Source: Heptranchias perlo (Eukaryota). Taken from it: a DNA stretch of 64,000 bases. Below the pieces are notes generated by a model, which ran no database searches, was not told the DNA's origin, and was given only the letters and a program-made list of their open reading frames with translations. Below are positions 37,202-51,185 of this stretch, piece by piece; within the stretch, counting starts at the first letter, position 1; each line of letters begins with the position of its first letter. A program made the translations under genes and the position numbers. The DNA lies in the NCBI RefSeq assembly GCF_035084215.1, contig NC_090358.1, positions 9,920,001-9,984,000 on the forward strand, in the 5' to 3' direction.

Positions 37202-38965
37202 CATAGGAACAGGAGTAGGCCATTTAGCCCCTCGAGCCTGTTCCGCCATTCAATGAGATCATGGCTGATCTGTGACTCCATATACCCGCCGGAGCCCCAT
37301 ATCCCTTAATACCTTTGGTTAACAAAAATCTATCTATCTCAGATTTAAAATTAACAATTGAGCTAGCATCAACTGCCATTTACAGAAGAGAGTTCCAAAC
37401 TTCTGAGAATCCCTACGTGGTCAGTTTTCGGTAAAATATTAAAATGTCTACGTGGCAAAGAAGCAGAATGCAAAATGGTTAGAAAGGGTTAATTAGTTAG
37501 TAACTGAGATTGGTACAAGTGGCCTGGCCCTCCTGCTGGGCCATATGTTTGCTTAGTCAGCAGGCCTGCATTGTCTTATCAATGATAGGTCTTTGATGTG
37601 AGTCAAGGACTGGTCTGAATGTCTCCATGTTTATGGCAGATCAATATAGGTAACGAGCTTAGCCAAAGTTGAAAGACATTCCAGGTTGGGAGATAAGGAA
37701 CAGAAGGAACAGGGAAGAACATTCCAAGTTGGAAAGTGAGGAAGTTATCCCCTTTGATGTCTAACAGCAGCATGATCAGCACATGGACGATTTATGATTG
37801 GTCGGAAATAATGTAACCCCGCATGGCAACCTGTGCCCGGCTTATGATTGGTGTTGACCCTCGTTAAGTATGTTCCAACCCCTATTCATCTGTATAAAAA
37901 CGTGTGGATTTCTGTATGTTTTTGTTCTTGCTCTGCCAGCATAGAGGGACTCTATCAGGAGTCCAAATCAATGCTGCAGACTAAGAACCCTGCTATTAAA
38001 GATGTGTTGAACTTTAAAATGTATTCGACTTCAGTTATTACTGAACCAGACTGAGGGGAAAGAATCCGGATCGTCACTTCTACCACCCTTCGCGTGTAGA
38101 AGTGTTTCTTAACTTCACTCCTGAAAGTCCTGGCTCTAATTTTTAGACTATGTCCCCTAGTCCTAGACTCCCCAACCAGCGGAAATAGGGTAGATAGAGA
38201 GAAACTATCAGTTCCCCTTAATATCTTGAAAACTTAGATCAAATCACCCCTTAATCTTCTAAATTCCGAGGGACACAACCCTGGTTTGTGTAATCTCTCC
38301 TCATAATTTAACCCTTGGAGTCCAGATATCGTTCTAGTATAATCTACGCTGCACTCCCTCCAAGGCCAATATATCCTTCCTAAAGTGCGGTGCCCAGAAC
38401 TGAACACAGTACTCCAGGTGTGGTCTAACTAGGGCTATGTATAGCTGTAGCAAAATTTCTACCCCCTTGTATTCTAGTCCTCTAGATATAAAGGCCAACA
38501 TTCCATTAGCCTTTTTGATTATTTTCTGTACCTGTCCATGATATTTTAATGATCTATGTACATGGACCGCTAAGCCTCTTTTTACCTCCACTATTAGGTC
38601 CAAAGTGGATCACCTCACACTTGCGTACATTGAAATCCATTTGCCACAGTTTTGCTCTGTAATTTTATGCTTCCATCTACACTGCTTACAATGCTGCCTA
38701 TCTTAGTGTCATTGACAAACTTGGATATGTGGCTCTCTATCCCACCATCTAAGTCGTTAATAAATGCAGTGAATAGTTGAAGCCCCAACACAGATCCCTG
38801 TGGGACACCACTGGTCACATCCTGCCAACTGAGTGCCTGCCCAACTTCCCTACTCTGTGTCTCCTGCCACTCAGCCAATTTCCTAACTAAGTCAATAATT
38901 TGCCCTCAATTCCATGAGCTTCAACATTAACTAACAGTCTCTTATGAGGGACTTTATCGAATGCT
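37202..38965 (-). mobile_element. CR1 LINE (5'-truncated, decayed) split by an LTR insertion
   Basis: cataggaacaggagtaggcc tail. Minus peptides SGVPQGSVLG, KFVNDTKIG and LVRPHLEYCVQFWAP. The CR1 sequence ...ccaaacttc|taccaccct... rejoins across 37404-38076. Confidence 0.9.
37404..38076 (+). mobile_element. Solo LTR (673 bp) of an ERV/LTR retrotransposon
   Basis: Starts TG(A) and ends (T)CA. 4-bp TSD CTTC at 37400-37403 and 38077-38080. TATAAAA at 37893 and ATTAAA at 37995, in U3-R-U5 order. Confidence 0.85.
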
Positions 38966-41900
38966 GGGGAGTCACTTTAAACTAGAGTTGCTCATTTCAC
39001 AATGAGTTGCTAACAATTCCAAAAATATTTTTAACACTTCAGATGTTCTGGTATGACTTTCAGAGCTACAGAAAGGAGAAGGCTCCACCCAGTGGTCAGT
39101 GAGCAACTGCTCTGCCTGGTGTGGTACTAAACCACAGACCAGGAAGGTCACGGGTTCCATCCCTGGTCTGTGCTGAGTTAATTGAACACAGTTGGGGTGC
39201 TCCAATTGATCTTAGCACCCGTTGACTACGATGGTGAAAATTAGACAGCTTTCCCGCTTCTGATCACTATCCGGTGATTCCTGCTTCCACACGTGTGGAC
39301 AATGAGGATAACACTCGGCACGGTGAATACCTTACCTCTACGGTTAAATATTCTACCAGCACTTGCTGCTTATGCTCACACATGAACAATGACTGCATTG
39401 GGTATAGTATCAGTGGTCAACTGGCACCTATGCAACTCTAACAAGTCAGTGTCTTCTGGCAAATATGGAAAAAAATGAAAAATAAATTCTAGTCTAAAAA
39501 TCACTTGTGATTAGCGAGCTGCTCTAGCCTAGAGAGCTAAGCTGCAGGTCCGATTCCGACCAAATAACATTCAAGGTAGGAACTTACACTGTGAATGAGC
39601 TTCACTGATTTTTGATGTGGGCCCTAACTAGATAGGCCACTGAAATCCCGTATACTAATGGGTGTACACTTATCCACATGTGCCATGTCATGTGGTCTCC
39701 TGCTCACTCCTCCCCCAACAACCATTGGGCCTGGCACTGCAGATCCACTCAGGAACATAGAACAGTTATAGGTGCAAACTTAGATCATGGTTAGGGGTAA
39801 AATTTTACCTATATGTCTTCATAAGACAGAGAACAAGCAGGAGTACCGCAGTGAATCTCAACCCACATCGGCTGCAAACTGCCCATACCCCGATCCTAAT
39901 CTTTGTATTACACGATGAGCAGTATGCATTAGGAAAGACTAAGGGCTGGATCCAAGCCTAACAACAGTTTGTAGAAGACAAGCTAAGAATTACAGAACAC
40001 TTTAAATAATTTTAGGTTGTGCTGACTTATTTTAGGTGACAGCAATTTATATTCCCTGGGATTGAATACATGCAGCAGGGAACCCTCCAACCCCTCTCTG
40101 CCAGCCCTTTGCTCTTTTAAACCACAGATGGAAATACAGGGAACAAAACAGTAGAGAAAAAGAGGACTGAAGCTGTCTGTTGTTTATGCGTGCTGTAAGT
40201 GTACTTCTGAATAGTTCGCCTCCTCGGTTTCGCCTTCTGTCGCAACAGTCCTAATGCACTCATAACAACACACGATGCTCATGGTAATTTATCTAAACCC
40301 AGAAGGAATTAGACGAACAGTTGAAGGAGAAAAATATGAAAGTGAATTAGGATGAGAGTACAAAGCCCTAACATGGAACGAGCACTGGCACAGGCACAAT
40401 GGGCTAAATGGCCTGCTCTTGTACTGAGCTTTCTATAATTCTATAAATGTACATAGTGCATTACCCCACAAATCAGTCATCACAAGCAAGTTAGAGAAAA
40501 TCAAGTATTTGAAGGGTTAAAGTCAAGAAGGGGAGAATAAAACTCAGCATGGAGACTAACAGCAGTCAGATCATACAGTGAACAGCCTAATGCCATCAGT
40601 AGATGCAGCATCAGGTCTGATTTTCTACATAAACATCCCCCTAAGTTAATTTGTTGAAAATTAATCTCTGGGCAGCCTGGGGGATAATAATAAGAAATAA
40701 CTGTTTGTGTGCAGAGTTCTGAGACGCTGTCTCAGGGATGCAGAGAGCCAAATAAACTTTTTGAAGCATCGAGGAGCAGAGAGAGCAGGCTTGTTGGGCC
40801 AATTGGCATTTTCTTGCTTCATGCTTTCTTACATTAAGCTTTATCACCCCATGTGGCATAAATTAGCATCTTTCAGCAGCTCTCTGATGATATGGGTCAT
40901 ATTGGTTAATTGCAACTGTGATTCTGTGTCCCCCCTGTCCAACGTGTGCATTTTCCTCCTTTCAAAATTTTATTATACAAAGGGTTAAATACTCAGTGAG
41001 GATGACTTCCTTTGGCCAGTATTCCTAGTGAAACCGTAAACGCACTTGATAAGAGGAAGTGAACCTCACAAGACACACAACGACGTTTGTGTCAGCAATG
41101 CTCTCATTTCACATTTGCTAAACTTTTGTATCAAGAACTAGTGCAAACTACACAAGATTGTAACTTCTTCATAAACAGCACATTCTTTATCCTCCCACAG
41201 GACAAGACTGTCACTGGTTACTGTCCTTTTACACTACAGACTTCATTTCCTTGCTCTTGAACTTGTTTAGTTTCTGTAGTGCAAAATGACCGTAACCGGT
41301 GACAATCTTGACCTGCATGATTTCTTTCTAATTCTATGCATGCTCCAGTGAGGAAATAGAGATGGCCCATGCAAAACAGTGGCAAAATCTATAAGAATAC
41401 AGGTAGCTAATTGACCTCAGAAATCCCGAGTTAGGGAATGGAAAATTAGCTCCCGAATGCGATCAAGTGCTTCTGGGCTAGGGAGGGGAAAATCAGCCAG
41501 GGTTCCGCTATCCAATTGTTATTCAACCACAGAATACATCAGTCAAGCCTGCTGCCATATCCACCTGTGGTCAGCACCTGTGCATGTTGAACCTCAAGTG
41601 AGGAGAGCAGCAGGCTTGACTGTAATACCCTTTGTGGTTGAATAGCCGGCTGATTCTCATTGTTCAAGCTCATGCATGCAGAATGACCACTCAGGCAAGG
41701 TATTGGAGGACATTTATTTGGCAAGGAATCAGTACCTTCAGGAGGGGAGGGGAGAAAGCAGAGCATTGGGGGAGATTTTAAAAAAAATATTCAAGCAGAT
41801 TTTCAGTGCAACAATTCATTATGTTCAGTATTAAGGCAAGTTCCTGGACTGTACTAGTACAAGATGAGTTTTGTTTCAGAGTCCTTAGGACTCGCTATTT

Positions 41901-42203
41901 TTCAATGTAAATTGGGCTTCTAAATAACTTGGTTGTTGTCCAGCTGGAATAGTCCCGCGGAATTAATCTTATATATTATTTTGTGTATCGGTGCCCACCG
42001 CAATAAGCACTTCAGAACAAAATATTATTCAAATATATAGCAACAGGTAGCTGAGCAAATAGATGTGGTGACCTCAGGGATGTGTTGGTAAAACATTTTC
42101 CTTCACACTGGTATTGCTGCATGAGACACAGAGAGTGAAAATAATCAAGAGGTGCGAAGGGAACAGCAGGATCCATTTCAGCATTCTGAATTCTGTAACT
42201 CAC

Positions 42204-42269
42204 CATCCTGCCAGGCCCCAAACCCTTTACCACCACACGCACAAAGGATATTCCCCGATCAGTCGCTTT
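42204..42269 (-). CDS. MRPS11: MRPS11 coding exon 5
   Basis: ttggcag|KATDRGISFVRVVVKGLGPGRM|gtgagt; 66 nt, phase 0-0; VKGLGPGR is a uS11 motif. Confidence 0.96.
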
Positions 42270-43004
42270 CTGCCAACAAAACAAAAACAGCAACATTTTA
42301 TTTAGGATCTTTTAAAAAAAAAAGTAATGATAATGCTTTAAAATTGTATTATTTTTCTCCCGTCCACTGGTCTCTCACGTCATTGATGCCACCTTATTCA
42401 ATTCTGCGTGGTTACAACTGCGTGGTGTTGCACAACAGCAGCTTTTGAAATGCTCTCCCTCTGATTTTCTCTCGAACACAAACCAATCTGTTATTGTCTG
42501 CTTGGCTCAATTGGTAGCACAATAAAGCCTTATCTGCCTGTTAAAGATCCCATGGTACTGTTGGAAGAGCAAGGAAATTTTCCCAGTGTCCACTTGGTTG
42601 AAAGTGGGCTGACCCCACTGTAGTTTCTGGTATCGGCCTAAATGCAATATTAATGGCAAGCTTTAGGTGTTAGTACCACCTCCCACTGAGGTGTTCATAA
42701 CGTGCTACAGGATTTAGAGGCCTGCAGCAGCTTAAAGGAGACAGCACATCCAAAAAATATTCAGCCAGAAGATTTAAAACTTTCATTCTTAAAGAATGTC
42801 TGTGAGATCTGCAGCAGGGCACCAAGCTCTGTGATTCACAGATGAAGTAGTAGAAGTACTTCTTCATGAAGTTTGGCAGAAGAGGGACGCACAGCTTGGG
42901 TCAGCGTACTGCAGACCCCAAGGATAGCAGCAGGGGCAGGAGGAGACCAGGGCAGTCAGTGCCAATATGACCTCGGTTTCTGTTGCTGGAGCTTACGCAT
43001 TGTA

Positions 43005-46000
43005 CACGTCTGTCTTAAAAGTGTGCCACAGAAATGTGTCCTGGTTAGTATGTGACAGACTGGAAGTACACCATTATAAATTTGGGTCTGTCATAGATAC
43101 CTTATCGGGTTCAGTGACATCAGTCCCATGTCCCTTATATGCCGAAGAATCACAGTGCTCAATATCTATTTATATAATAACGTAACCCAGTGGTGCATCC
43201 TTGTGATCTGAATCAGATATTCATGTCTTTCACACGTGCCCCCAAATGCCTTTCCAATCCATTTGAAGGTGGACCAACAGAATACTTGTCAAGATAAGGC
43301 CAGACAGGAATCCTTAACCTGCTTGATTTTCCAGTAAGCAAACATACAGTGCAAAAATTATGATTAGATGCGCTTAATTCCATCAGTACAACTTGTCAGT
43401 GTATGCTTCCCCATATCACATTTAAATTTTTTAAAATTCCTAACTGCCGTCCTTAATTCTCCTTCTTTGCCTGGCAATAGTTTGTCCTTGCAACTTTCTG
43501 TTTTAAAACCTGACTATGTGGGTCTCTGTCCCTATCTTTTATATCAATGTGGGGGAAGGACCTGTGCCAGACTGATGAGTGCTCGGGTTCAGGGACCACT
43601 CAACACAATAGGTTTGAGGTGTCGGTCAATTATCTTTCATCTCAGTGCTTTTTTAAAATGTGAGTGAATAGACTTTGCTTTAAAACACAAACTTAAATAT
43701 AACTCTTTTCCCCCCACAAAATCCTCTCTGTGGAAAAATGGTCAAAACATGGCATGTGTGCATATATAAAGTTTTTATACTATAATAGACAGATATGATA
43801 AATAAGCTGGTGGATTGGCAGTGGCGTTGCTCATGGTAAGTCTGGTGATACACTGTGTTCTAAGGATGGGTGCTATACAATGTATTATTCTGCTGTTAGA
43901 GCAGAGGCAGTGAATTTTAAACAAGAGGCTGCCAGGTGTAGGTCTGGGGCCCCGGAGCTGGAAGCTAAAATGCAGGAGATCAGTTTTTGCAGTTAGAAGT
44001 TGTTTAGAAAGAAAAGTAATGCCAAAAACAAGTCAAGCCAGGGACTGGGTGCGTGGTTTATTATTTTTTGAGACAAGTGAGATTGAGTGAAGCAAGTGGA
44101 ATTTGCTTTGACTGTTCACCTACTGTCTGTAAAATAAAGCAGTTTAACAATTTGTATCTGGCTTCATCTCATTGAGCGTTTCTCAGTCCATCTTCAAAAA
44201 GACTTGAGAAGTGCACAAAGGTATGGGCGAAAGACATGCAATCCAGTTTTGATTAAAGTGGGTCCTACTGTTATACCCTTGGGTTACACTATTGTAAAAA
44301 TTATATATTGAACATTATGGGCAACCTCCTGAACATAAGGTGCTGACTGCTTAAAGGAGTGAAAAACAGCACTATTGTACTCAACAGTGTCTATCACAGA
44401 CCCAAAACTTGTAACAGTATGTATAGATACACATGAATCAATATTTCACTTTGCACTGTTTAGTGTGTGTACCTTTGTTCCCTATTAATTCATGTTTATT
44501 TGGTAATAGCACCCCCTGCTGGAGCTGTTCCTTATAATACGACTCATATTAAACCTGCCTTGTCCCACCATTTTTAAAGTGTGTCACCAATGAAAGAACC
44601 ACCAAAATATCTACGGCAACATTTCAATAGATAAAAATTTCAGCTAAGCATTTGAACAGATTTTAAACTTTTAACGAAAAATTCATGGTCACTATTAGGG
44701 TTCTTAATGCACCTTTCACACCCTATGACTCTCAAGCCCTTTGTGTGTGTGGGGGGAATGGGGTGGGTCCTCGTATAAATAGTGACACACTCCCAGGATC
44801 CCTCGCAAAATACCAAGACACCACCATGTTCTTATCCAACTTCTGACAAGTGTCTGATATCCAAAAGAAAAAAATGGTAATATTAGTATACAGAAACAGA
44901 AATAACTTGCTGGTAAGTAAACATAGTTTGAAAATCTATGCTTTACACCAATAGTAATTCAGAAATAGCAGCGAGTTACATTTTCTTCTGGCAGAGTTAA
45001 AGTGTTAGTGAAGTTTATTAATAAAACAGATTACAGTGCTAGAAGGCAGACACTGCTGCATAGATTTTATAAATTGAATATTTAAGACTTATAGAATCAT
45101 ACAGCACGGTAGGAGGCCATTCAGCCCATCGAGTCCATACCGGCTCTCTGCAAGAGCAATCCAGCTAGTCCCACTCCCCTGCCCTTTCCCCGTAGCCCTG
45201 CAAACTTAAATTTTAAAAAATGGAAACAGCAACACCAAATTATTAAAATGTTAGCTGTTTGCTGTATTTTTTGCAACAAATATAAAATGAGTATCACTGA
45301 AAAATGAGCTTGTGAGGCTTAACAGCACATCTTATTGCAAACAGAGACACTATAGCAGGAACAGCACAAAACTACGTAACTGAGGACATAGAAGCAAGAA
45401 AAAGTAGTTCAGCTGATCCAGCTCATTATCATCCAAATCCTGCTTTAAGGCACAATCTGAGCACATTTAAAAAAACACTGGCAAATGGAGCCCCTCATTT
45501 CACTGAAAAATAGTCACATTCACCATGTTCTTACCAGAAAACCAATCAGGTTGCAGAAAAACAGCACATGTTTCTAAATAGAGTTAAGCATAATTATATA
45601 CAAATTGTGGACTCTTCTCATATTTCCATCTGATCAATTTACATGTTTTAAAGTGCCTCCAATTACATATTTAAGAATCATGTACTTTTATATCGTCATC
45701 ATAACAGATAACCAACTACTCAAGTTAATCCCAGACTAATTGCAGTCCATATGGATGGTTAAGATGACCTGTCCAATATCACATTTCATTTGAGTTTAAT
45801 TCTTCACTACCTGGCAACTTTTTGCTGTGGCTTCTCTGGTCCTTTGCAATCTCAGTTACGTTTAAGTTTTTCCTGCTTAGTTGCTGGTACAAAGCTAGCC
45901 AACATAGCGAGCAGACTGCCTGCAATTTTGTGGGGTTTGTTCATCAGAATAATTATTCATAGCTGAATCACAGATTTGGTCCTGACCAAAGAGCTAACCT

Positions 46001-46632
46001 TATGTGGGATGCACAATCTGGCCTTCAGCTCAAATTTAAAGGGATGTGAACACTTAAAGCTAAATGGCTGCCTCTAAGGACAAATACTGTTTCAGCCGTA
46101 ACAAAACTACAAATAGAATTTTAAATATGTTGGCCTTTGCCAAGGCTGGTGGGGGTGTGGGGGGAATGGTGGAAGAGAACAGGAAAGAAGTAAAAGGAAA
46201 CCCAATGTGGAGGCATAAAACACAGGCTGTGGGCAAGTAACAAAGTGGTACGGCACCTGACTTGCTGTTAGGTGGCTGGCAAAGTGGTTGTGCATCTGCA
46301 TTAGGTGGGTGCGAGGTGGTTTGCCTTGTTTGGCATTTCATAGCATCCTCCCCAGAGTACAGCAGTGCACCATTCTTGGCAGCAGGTGTTAACCATGCTC
46401 AATGCTATGCACACTATCTGCAGGACCGGGGAACAGACAGGTTGGGCTGAATGGCCTGTTCCCATGTTGGAATTTCTATGTAATCCTTAAAGCACACATT
46501 CACCCATAAAGCAAGGTACAATTAAAAGTCTTGCCACATTCACATCTTCCAAGGGCGTTACAGCTCAAGGCACTGTAACACAATCCATGTGTGATCACTT
46601 ACAGATACAAGGTTGGCCTGTAGGTTGGGCAC
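43005..46632. repeat. Intronic tandem duplication, copy A (~3.6 kb)
   Basis: Colinear with 46633-48995 plus 52810-54009 (e.g. gccacagaaat.tgtcctggttagtatgtgaca...; aaagcagtttaac...; ggtacggcacctgacttgctgtt...). Confidence 0.92.
45092..45203 (-). mobile_element. Short CR1-type 3'-tail insertion present only in duplication copy A
   Basis: tagaatcatacagcacggtaggaggccattcagccc... is absent from copy B (taggacttaaattttaaa). Flanked by ACTTA at 45087-45091 and 45204-45208. Confidence 0.75.
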
Positions 46633-49165
46633 AAGTCTGCCTTAAAAGTGGCCACAGAAATCTGTCCTGGTTAGTATGTGACAAACCGGAAGCGCACCAT
46701 TATAAATTTGGGTCTGTCGTAGATACTTTATCGGGTTCAGTGACATCAGTCACTCCTGTACATGGATCCCATGCCCCTTACATGCTGAAGGATCACAGTG
46801 CTCAATATCTATTTGTACAATAATGTAACCCAGTGGGGCATCCTTGTGATCTGAACCAGATATTCATGTCTTTCACACGTGCCCCCATAGGTCTCTCCAA
46901 TCCTTGTGAAGGTGGGCCAACAGGATACCTGGCAAACTAAGGCCAGAAGGAATCTTTAAGCTGCTTTATTTCATAGTAAGCGAACATACAGCGCAAGAGT
47001 TATGATTAGACGCACTTAATTCCATCAGTGCAACTTGTCAGTGTATGCTTCCCCATATCACATTTGAATTTTTTTAAATTCCTAACTACCATCCTTAATT
47101 CTCCTTCTGAGCCTGGCAAAAGTTTGTCTTTGCAACTTTCTGTTTTAAAACCTGACTGTGTGTCTCTGTCTCTGTCCCTGTCTTTTACGTCCATGTGTTC
47201 ACAAGTGGGGGAAGGGCCTGCATCAGACTGATGAGCGCTCAGGTTCAGGGACCACTCAACACAATGGGCTTGAGGTGTCAGTCAATTATCTTTTGTCTCG
47301 GTGCTTTTTAAAAACGTGAGTGAATACACTTTGCTTTAAAACACAAACCTTAAATTTAACACTTTTCCCCCCCCCCCAAAATCCTCTCTGTGGAAAAATG
47401 GTCAAAACATTTTCAAAACATGGCATGTGTACATATATAAAGATTTATACTATTACAGGCAGATATGATAAATAAGCTGGTGGATTGGCAGTGACGTTGC
47501 TCATGGTAAGTCTGGTGTTCTAAGGACGCGTGCTATACCAGGTAATATACAACGTATTATTCTGCTGTTCGAGCGGAGGCAGCGAATTTTAAGCAAGAGG
47601 CTGCCAGGTGTAGGCCTGGGGCCCGCAGCTGGAAGCTAAAATACAGGAGATCAGATTTTGCAGTTAGAAGTTGTTTAGAAAGAAAAGTAATGCCAAAAAC
47701 AAGTCAAGCCAGGGACTGGGTGCGTGGTTTATTATTTTTTGAGACAAGCAAGATTGAGTGAAGCGAATGGAATTTGCTTTGACTGTTTACTTGCCGTCTG
47801 TAAAATAAAGCAGTTTAACGATTCGTATCTGGCTTCATCTCATTGAGTGTTTCTCAGTCCACCTTCAAAAAGACTTGAGAAGTGCATAAAGGCATGGGTG
47901 AAAGACATGCAATCCAGTTTTGATCAAAGTGGGTCCTACTGTTACAACCTTGGGATACACTATTGTAAAATTATATTTTGAATATGGGCATGCTCCTGAA
48001 CATAAGGTGCTGACTGCTTACAGGAGTGAACAGTACTATTGTACTCAACAGTGTCTATCACAGACCCAAAACTTGTAACAGTATGTATAGATACACATGA
48101 ATCGCTATTTCACTTTGCACTGTTTAGTGTGTGTACCTTTGTTCCCTATTAATTCATGTTTATATGGTAATAGCACCCCCTGCTGGAGCTATTCCTTATA
48201 ATGCAACTCATATTAAACCTGCCTTGTCCCACCATTTTTAAAGTGTGTCACCAATGAAAGAACCACCAAAATATCTACGGCAACATTTCAATAGATAAAA
48301 ATTTCAGCTAAGTATCTGAACAGATTTTAAACTTTCAACGAAGAAATTCATGGCCGCTTTTTGGGTTCTTAATGCACCGTTCACACCCTACGGCTCTCAA
48401 GCCTTTTGTGTCTGTGTGTGGGATGGGGCGTAGGGGAGGGGAATGGGTCCGGCTATAAATAGTGACACACTCCCAGGATCCCTCGCAAAATACTGAAACA
48501 CCACCGTGAACCCTCTTATCCAACTTCTGACAGTGTTTGATACTGAAAAAAAATAAAATGCTAATATTAGTATATAGAAACAGAAATAACTTAATGGTAA
48601 GTAAACATAGTATAAAAATCTCTGCTTTACACCAACAGCAACTTAGAAATAGCAGCGAGTTTCATTTTTTTTGGCAGAGTTAAAGTGTTAGTAAAGTTTA
48701 TTAATAAAATAGATTACAATGCTAGAAGGTACTGCTGCATAGATTTTATAACTGAATATTTAGGACTTAAATTTTAAAAAATGGAAACAGCAACACCAAA
48801 TTATTAAAATGTTAGCTGTTTGCTGTAATATTTGCAACAAACATAAAATGAGTAAGTCTCACTGAAAAATGAGCTTGTAAGGCTTAACAGCACATTTCAT
48901 TGCAAACATAGACACTATAGCAGGAACAGCACAAAACTACATAACTGAGGACAAGAAAGCAAGAAAAAGTATTTAAGCTGATCCAGCTCCTTATAAGAAC
49001 ATAAGAAATAGGAGCAGGAGTAGGCCATATGGCCCCTTGAGCCTGCTCCGTCATTCAATCAGATCATGGCTGATCTTCCACCTCAACTCCACTTTCCTGC
49101 TCGATCCTCACATCCCTTGATTCCCCTAGAGTCCAAAAATCTATCTATCTCAGCCTTGAATATAC

Positions 49166-50953
49166 AAAGGAGGAGCCATTGTCATACAGAACAGAACGGA
49201 CTATTGCAAAGAAGCATACCGACAACTGGACAACCAGGAACACTACAGACGGTTACCCGCAGATCCGACCAAAGAACACACCCACCAGCTCAACAAACTG
49301 ATCAAGACCTTCGATCCAGACCTTCAAAGCATCCTACGCACTCTCATCCCACGTACTCCCCGCGTGGGAGACTTCTACTGCCTCCCAAAGATACACAAAG
49401 CCAACACACCCGGACGTCCTATCGTATCAGGCAATGGAACCCTGTGTGAGAACCTCTCTGGATACGTCGAGGGCATCCTGAAACCCATTGTACAGGGAAC
49501 CCCCAGCTTCTGTCGCGACACTACAGACTTCCTACAAAAACTCAGCACCCACGGACCAGTTGAACCAGGAACACTTCTCACCACGATGGACGTCTCGGCA
49601 CTATACACCAGTATCCCCCACGATGACGGCATCGCTGCAACAGCCTCAGTACTCAACACCAACAACAGCCAATCTCCAGACGCCATCCTACAACTCATCC
49701 GCTTCATCCTGGATCACAATGTCTTCACCTTCAATAACCAGTTCTTTACCCAAACACACGGAACAGCCATGGGGACCAAATTCGCACCCCAATACGCCAA
49801 CATTTTCATGCACAAGTTCGAGCACGACTTCTTCACTGCACAGGACCTCCAACCAACACTATACACCAGATACATCGACGACATTTTCTTCCTATGGACC
49901 CACGGCGAAGAATCACTGAAGAGACTACACGATAACATCAACAAGTTCCATCCCACCATCAAACTCACCATGGACTACTCCTCAGAATCGGTTTCTTTCT
50001 TGGACACACAAATCTCCATCAAAGACGGGCACCTCAGCACCTCACTCTACCGCAAGCCCACGGACAACCTCACGATGCTCCACTTTTCCAGCTTCCACCC
50101 CAACCACGTCAAAGAGGCCATCCCCTATGGACAGGCCCTACGAATACACAGGATCTGCTCAGACGAGGAGGAACGCGATGGACACCTACAGACGCTGAAA
50201 GACGCCCTCGTAAGAACGGGATATGACGCTCGACTTGTCGATCGACAGTTCCGACGGGCCACAGCGAAGAATCGCATAGACCTCCTCAGAAGACAAACAC
50301 GGGACGCAACCAACAGAGTACCCTTCGTCGTCCAGTACTTCCCTGGAGCGGAGAAACTACACCATGTTCTCCGCAGCCTTCAACATGTCATCGATGACGA
50401 CGAACACCTCGCTAAGGCCATCCCCACGCCTCCACTGCTCGCCTTTAAACAGCCACCCAACCTCAAACAGACCATCGTTCGCAGCAAGTTACCCAGTTTT
50501 CATGAGAACAGCGTCCACGACACCACACAACCCTGCCACGGCAACCTCTGCAAGACATGCCAGATCATCGACACGGATACCACCATCACACGAGAGGACA
50601 CCACCCACCAGGTACATGGTTCATACTCCTGTGACTCGGCCAACGTTGTTTACCTCATACGTTGCAGGAAAGGATGCCCCGGAGCATGGTACATTGGCGA
50701 GACCATGCAGACGCTGCGACAACGGATGAACGGACACCGCGCAACAATCGCCAAACAGGAGGGTTCCCTCCCAGTCGGGGAACACTTTAGCAGTCAAGGA
50801 CATTCAGCCACCGATCTTCGGGTAAGCGTTCTCCAAGGCGGCCTTCGAGACACACGACAACGCAAAATCGTCGAGCAGAAGTTGATAGCCAAGTTCCGCA
50901 CCCATGAGGACGGCCTCAACCGGGATCTTGGGTTCATGTCACGCTACACGTAA
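49166..50953 (+). CDS. Penelope-like polyprotein fragment: reverse transcriptase, Cys linker and GIY-YIG endonuclease (595 aa, no own start codon)
   Basis: Open frame from the insertion junction: KGGAIVI, FYCLPKIHK..PGRPIVSG, MDVSALYTSIPH, GTAMGTKFAPQYANIFM, RYIDDIF, FLD, YRKPT, CHGNLCKTC, VVYLIRC...WYIGET, R..GHR, E..LI, GLN. Confidence 0.93.
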   Translation, partial: KGGAIVIQNRTDYCKEAYRQLDNQEHYRRLPADPTKEHTHQLNKLIKTFDPDLQSILRTLIPRTPRVGDFYCLPKIHKANTPGRPIVSGNGTLCENLSGYVEGILKPIVQGTPSFCRDTTDFLQKLSTHGPVEPGTLLTTMDVSALYTSIPHDDGIAATASVLNTNNSQSPDAILQLIRFILDHNVFTFNNQFFTQTHGTAMGTKFAPQYANIFMHKFEHDFFTAQDLQPTLYTRYIDDIFFLWTHGEESLKRLHDNINKFHPTIKLTMDYSSESVSFLDTQISIKDGHLSTSLYRKPTDNLTMLHFSSFHPNHVKEAIPYGQALRIHRICSDEEERDGHLQTLKDALVRTGYDARLVDRQFRRATAKNRIDLLRRQTRDATNRVPFVVQYFPGAEKLHHVLRSLQHVIDDDEHLAKAIPTPPLLAFKQPPNLKQTIVRSKLPSFHENSVHDTTQPCHGNLCKTCQIIDTDTTITREDTTHQVHGSYSCDSANVVYLIRCRKGCPGAWYIGETMQTLRQRMNGHRATIAKQEGSLPVGEHFSSQGHSATDLRVSVLQGGLRDTRQRKIVEQKLIAKFRTHEDGLNRDLGFMSRYT

Positions 50954-51185
50954 CCCCACCAGCAAAAAGGGGGAAAAAATTTATATGTTTTTTAAAATTC
51001 TCTCTCTCTCTCTGCCATTTTAAGTTTCTTTCTGCTTGCCTGTGTAAAAGACACAATGTATATCGAGTGTACTGGGACGTTCTGTTCTCCGTGACTGGCC
51101 TGTTTGAATAACAACGACACCTTTTGATTGGTGTGATGCTGTCCCAACATCGTATAAGATATGCGATTTGAGAACCTTTTCATTC

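Noticed and set aside
40560-40625. Possible intronic C/D-box snoRNA on the minus strand
   Set aside because: The C box is imperfect (TGATGC) and no convincing terminal stem or guide sequence could be identified by eye.
49364-50953. Domesticated host gene or telomerase-like gene
   Set aside because: Flanked by a perfect TSD, nested in a CR1, 5'-truncated without a start codon: a mobile PLE copy.
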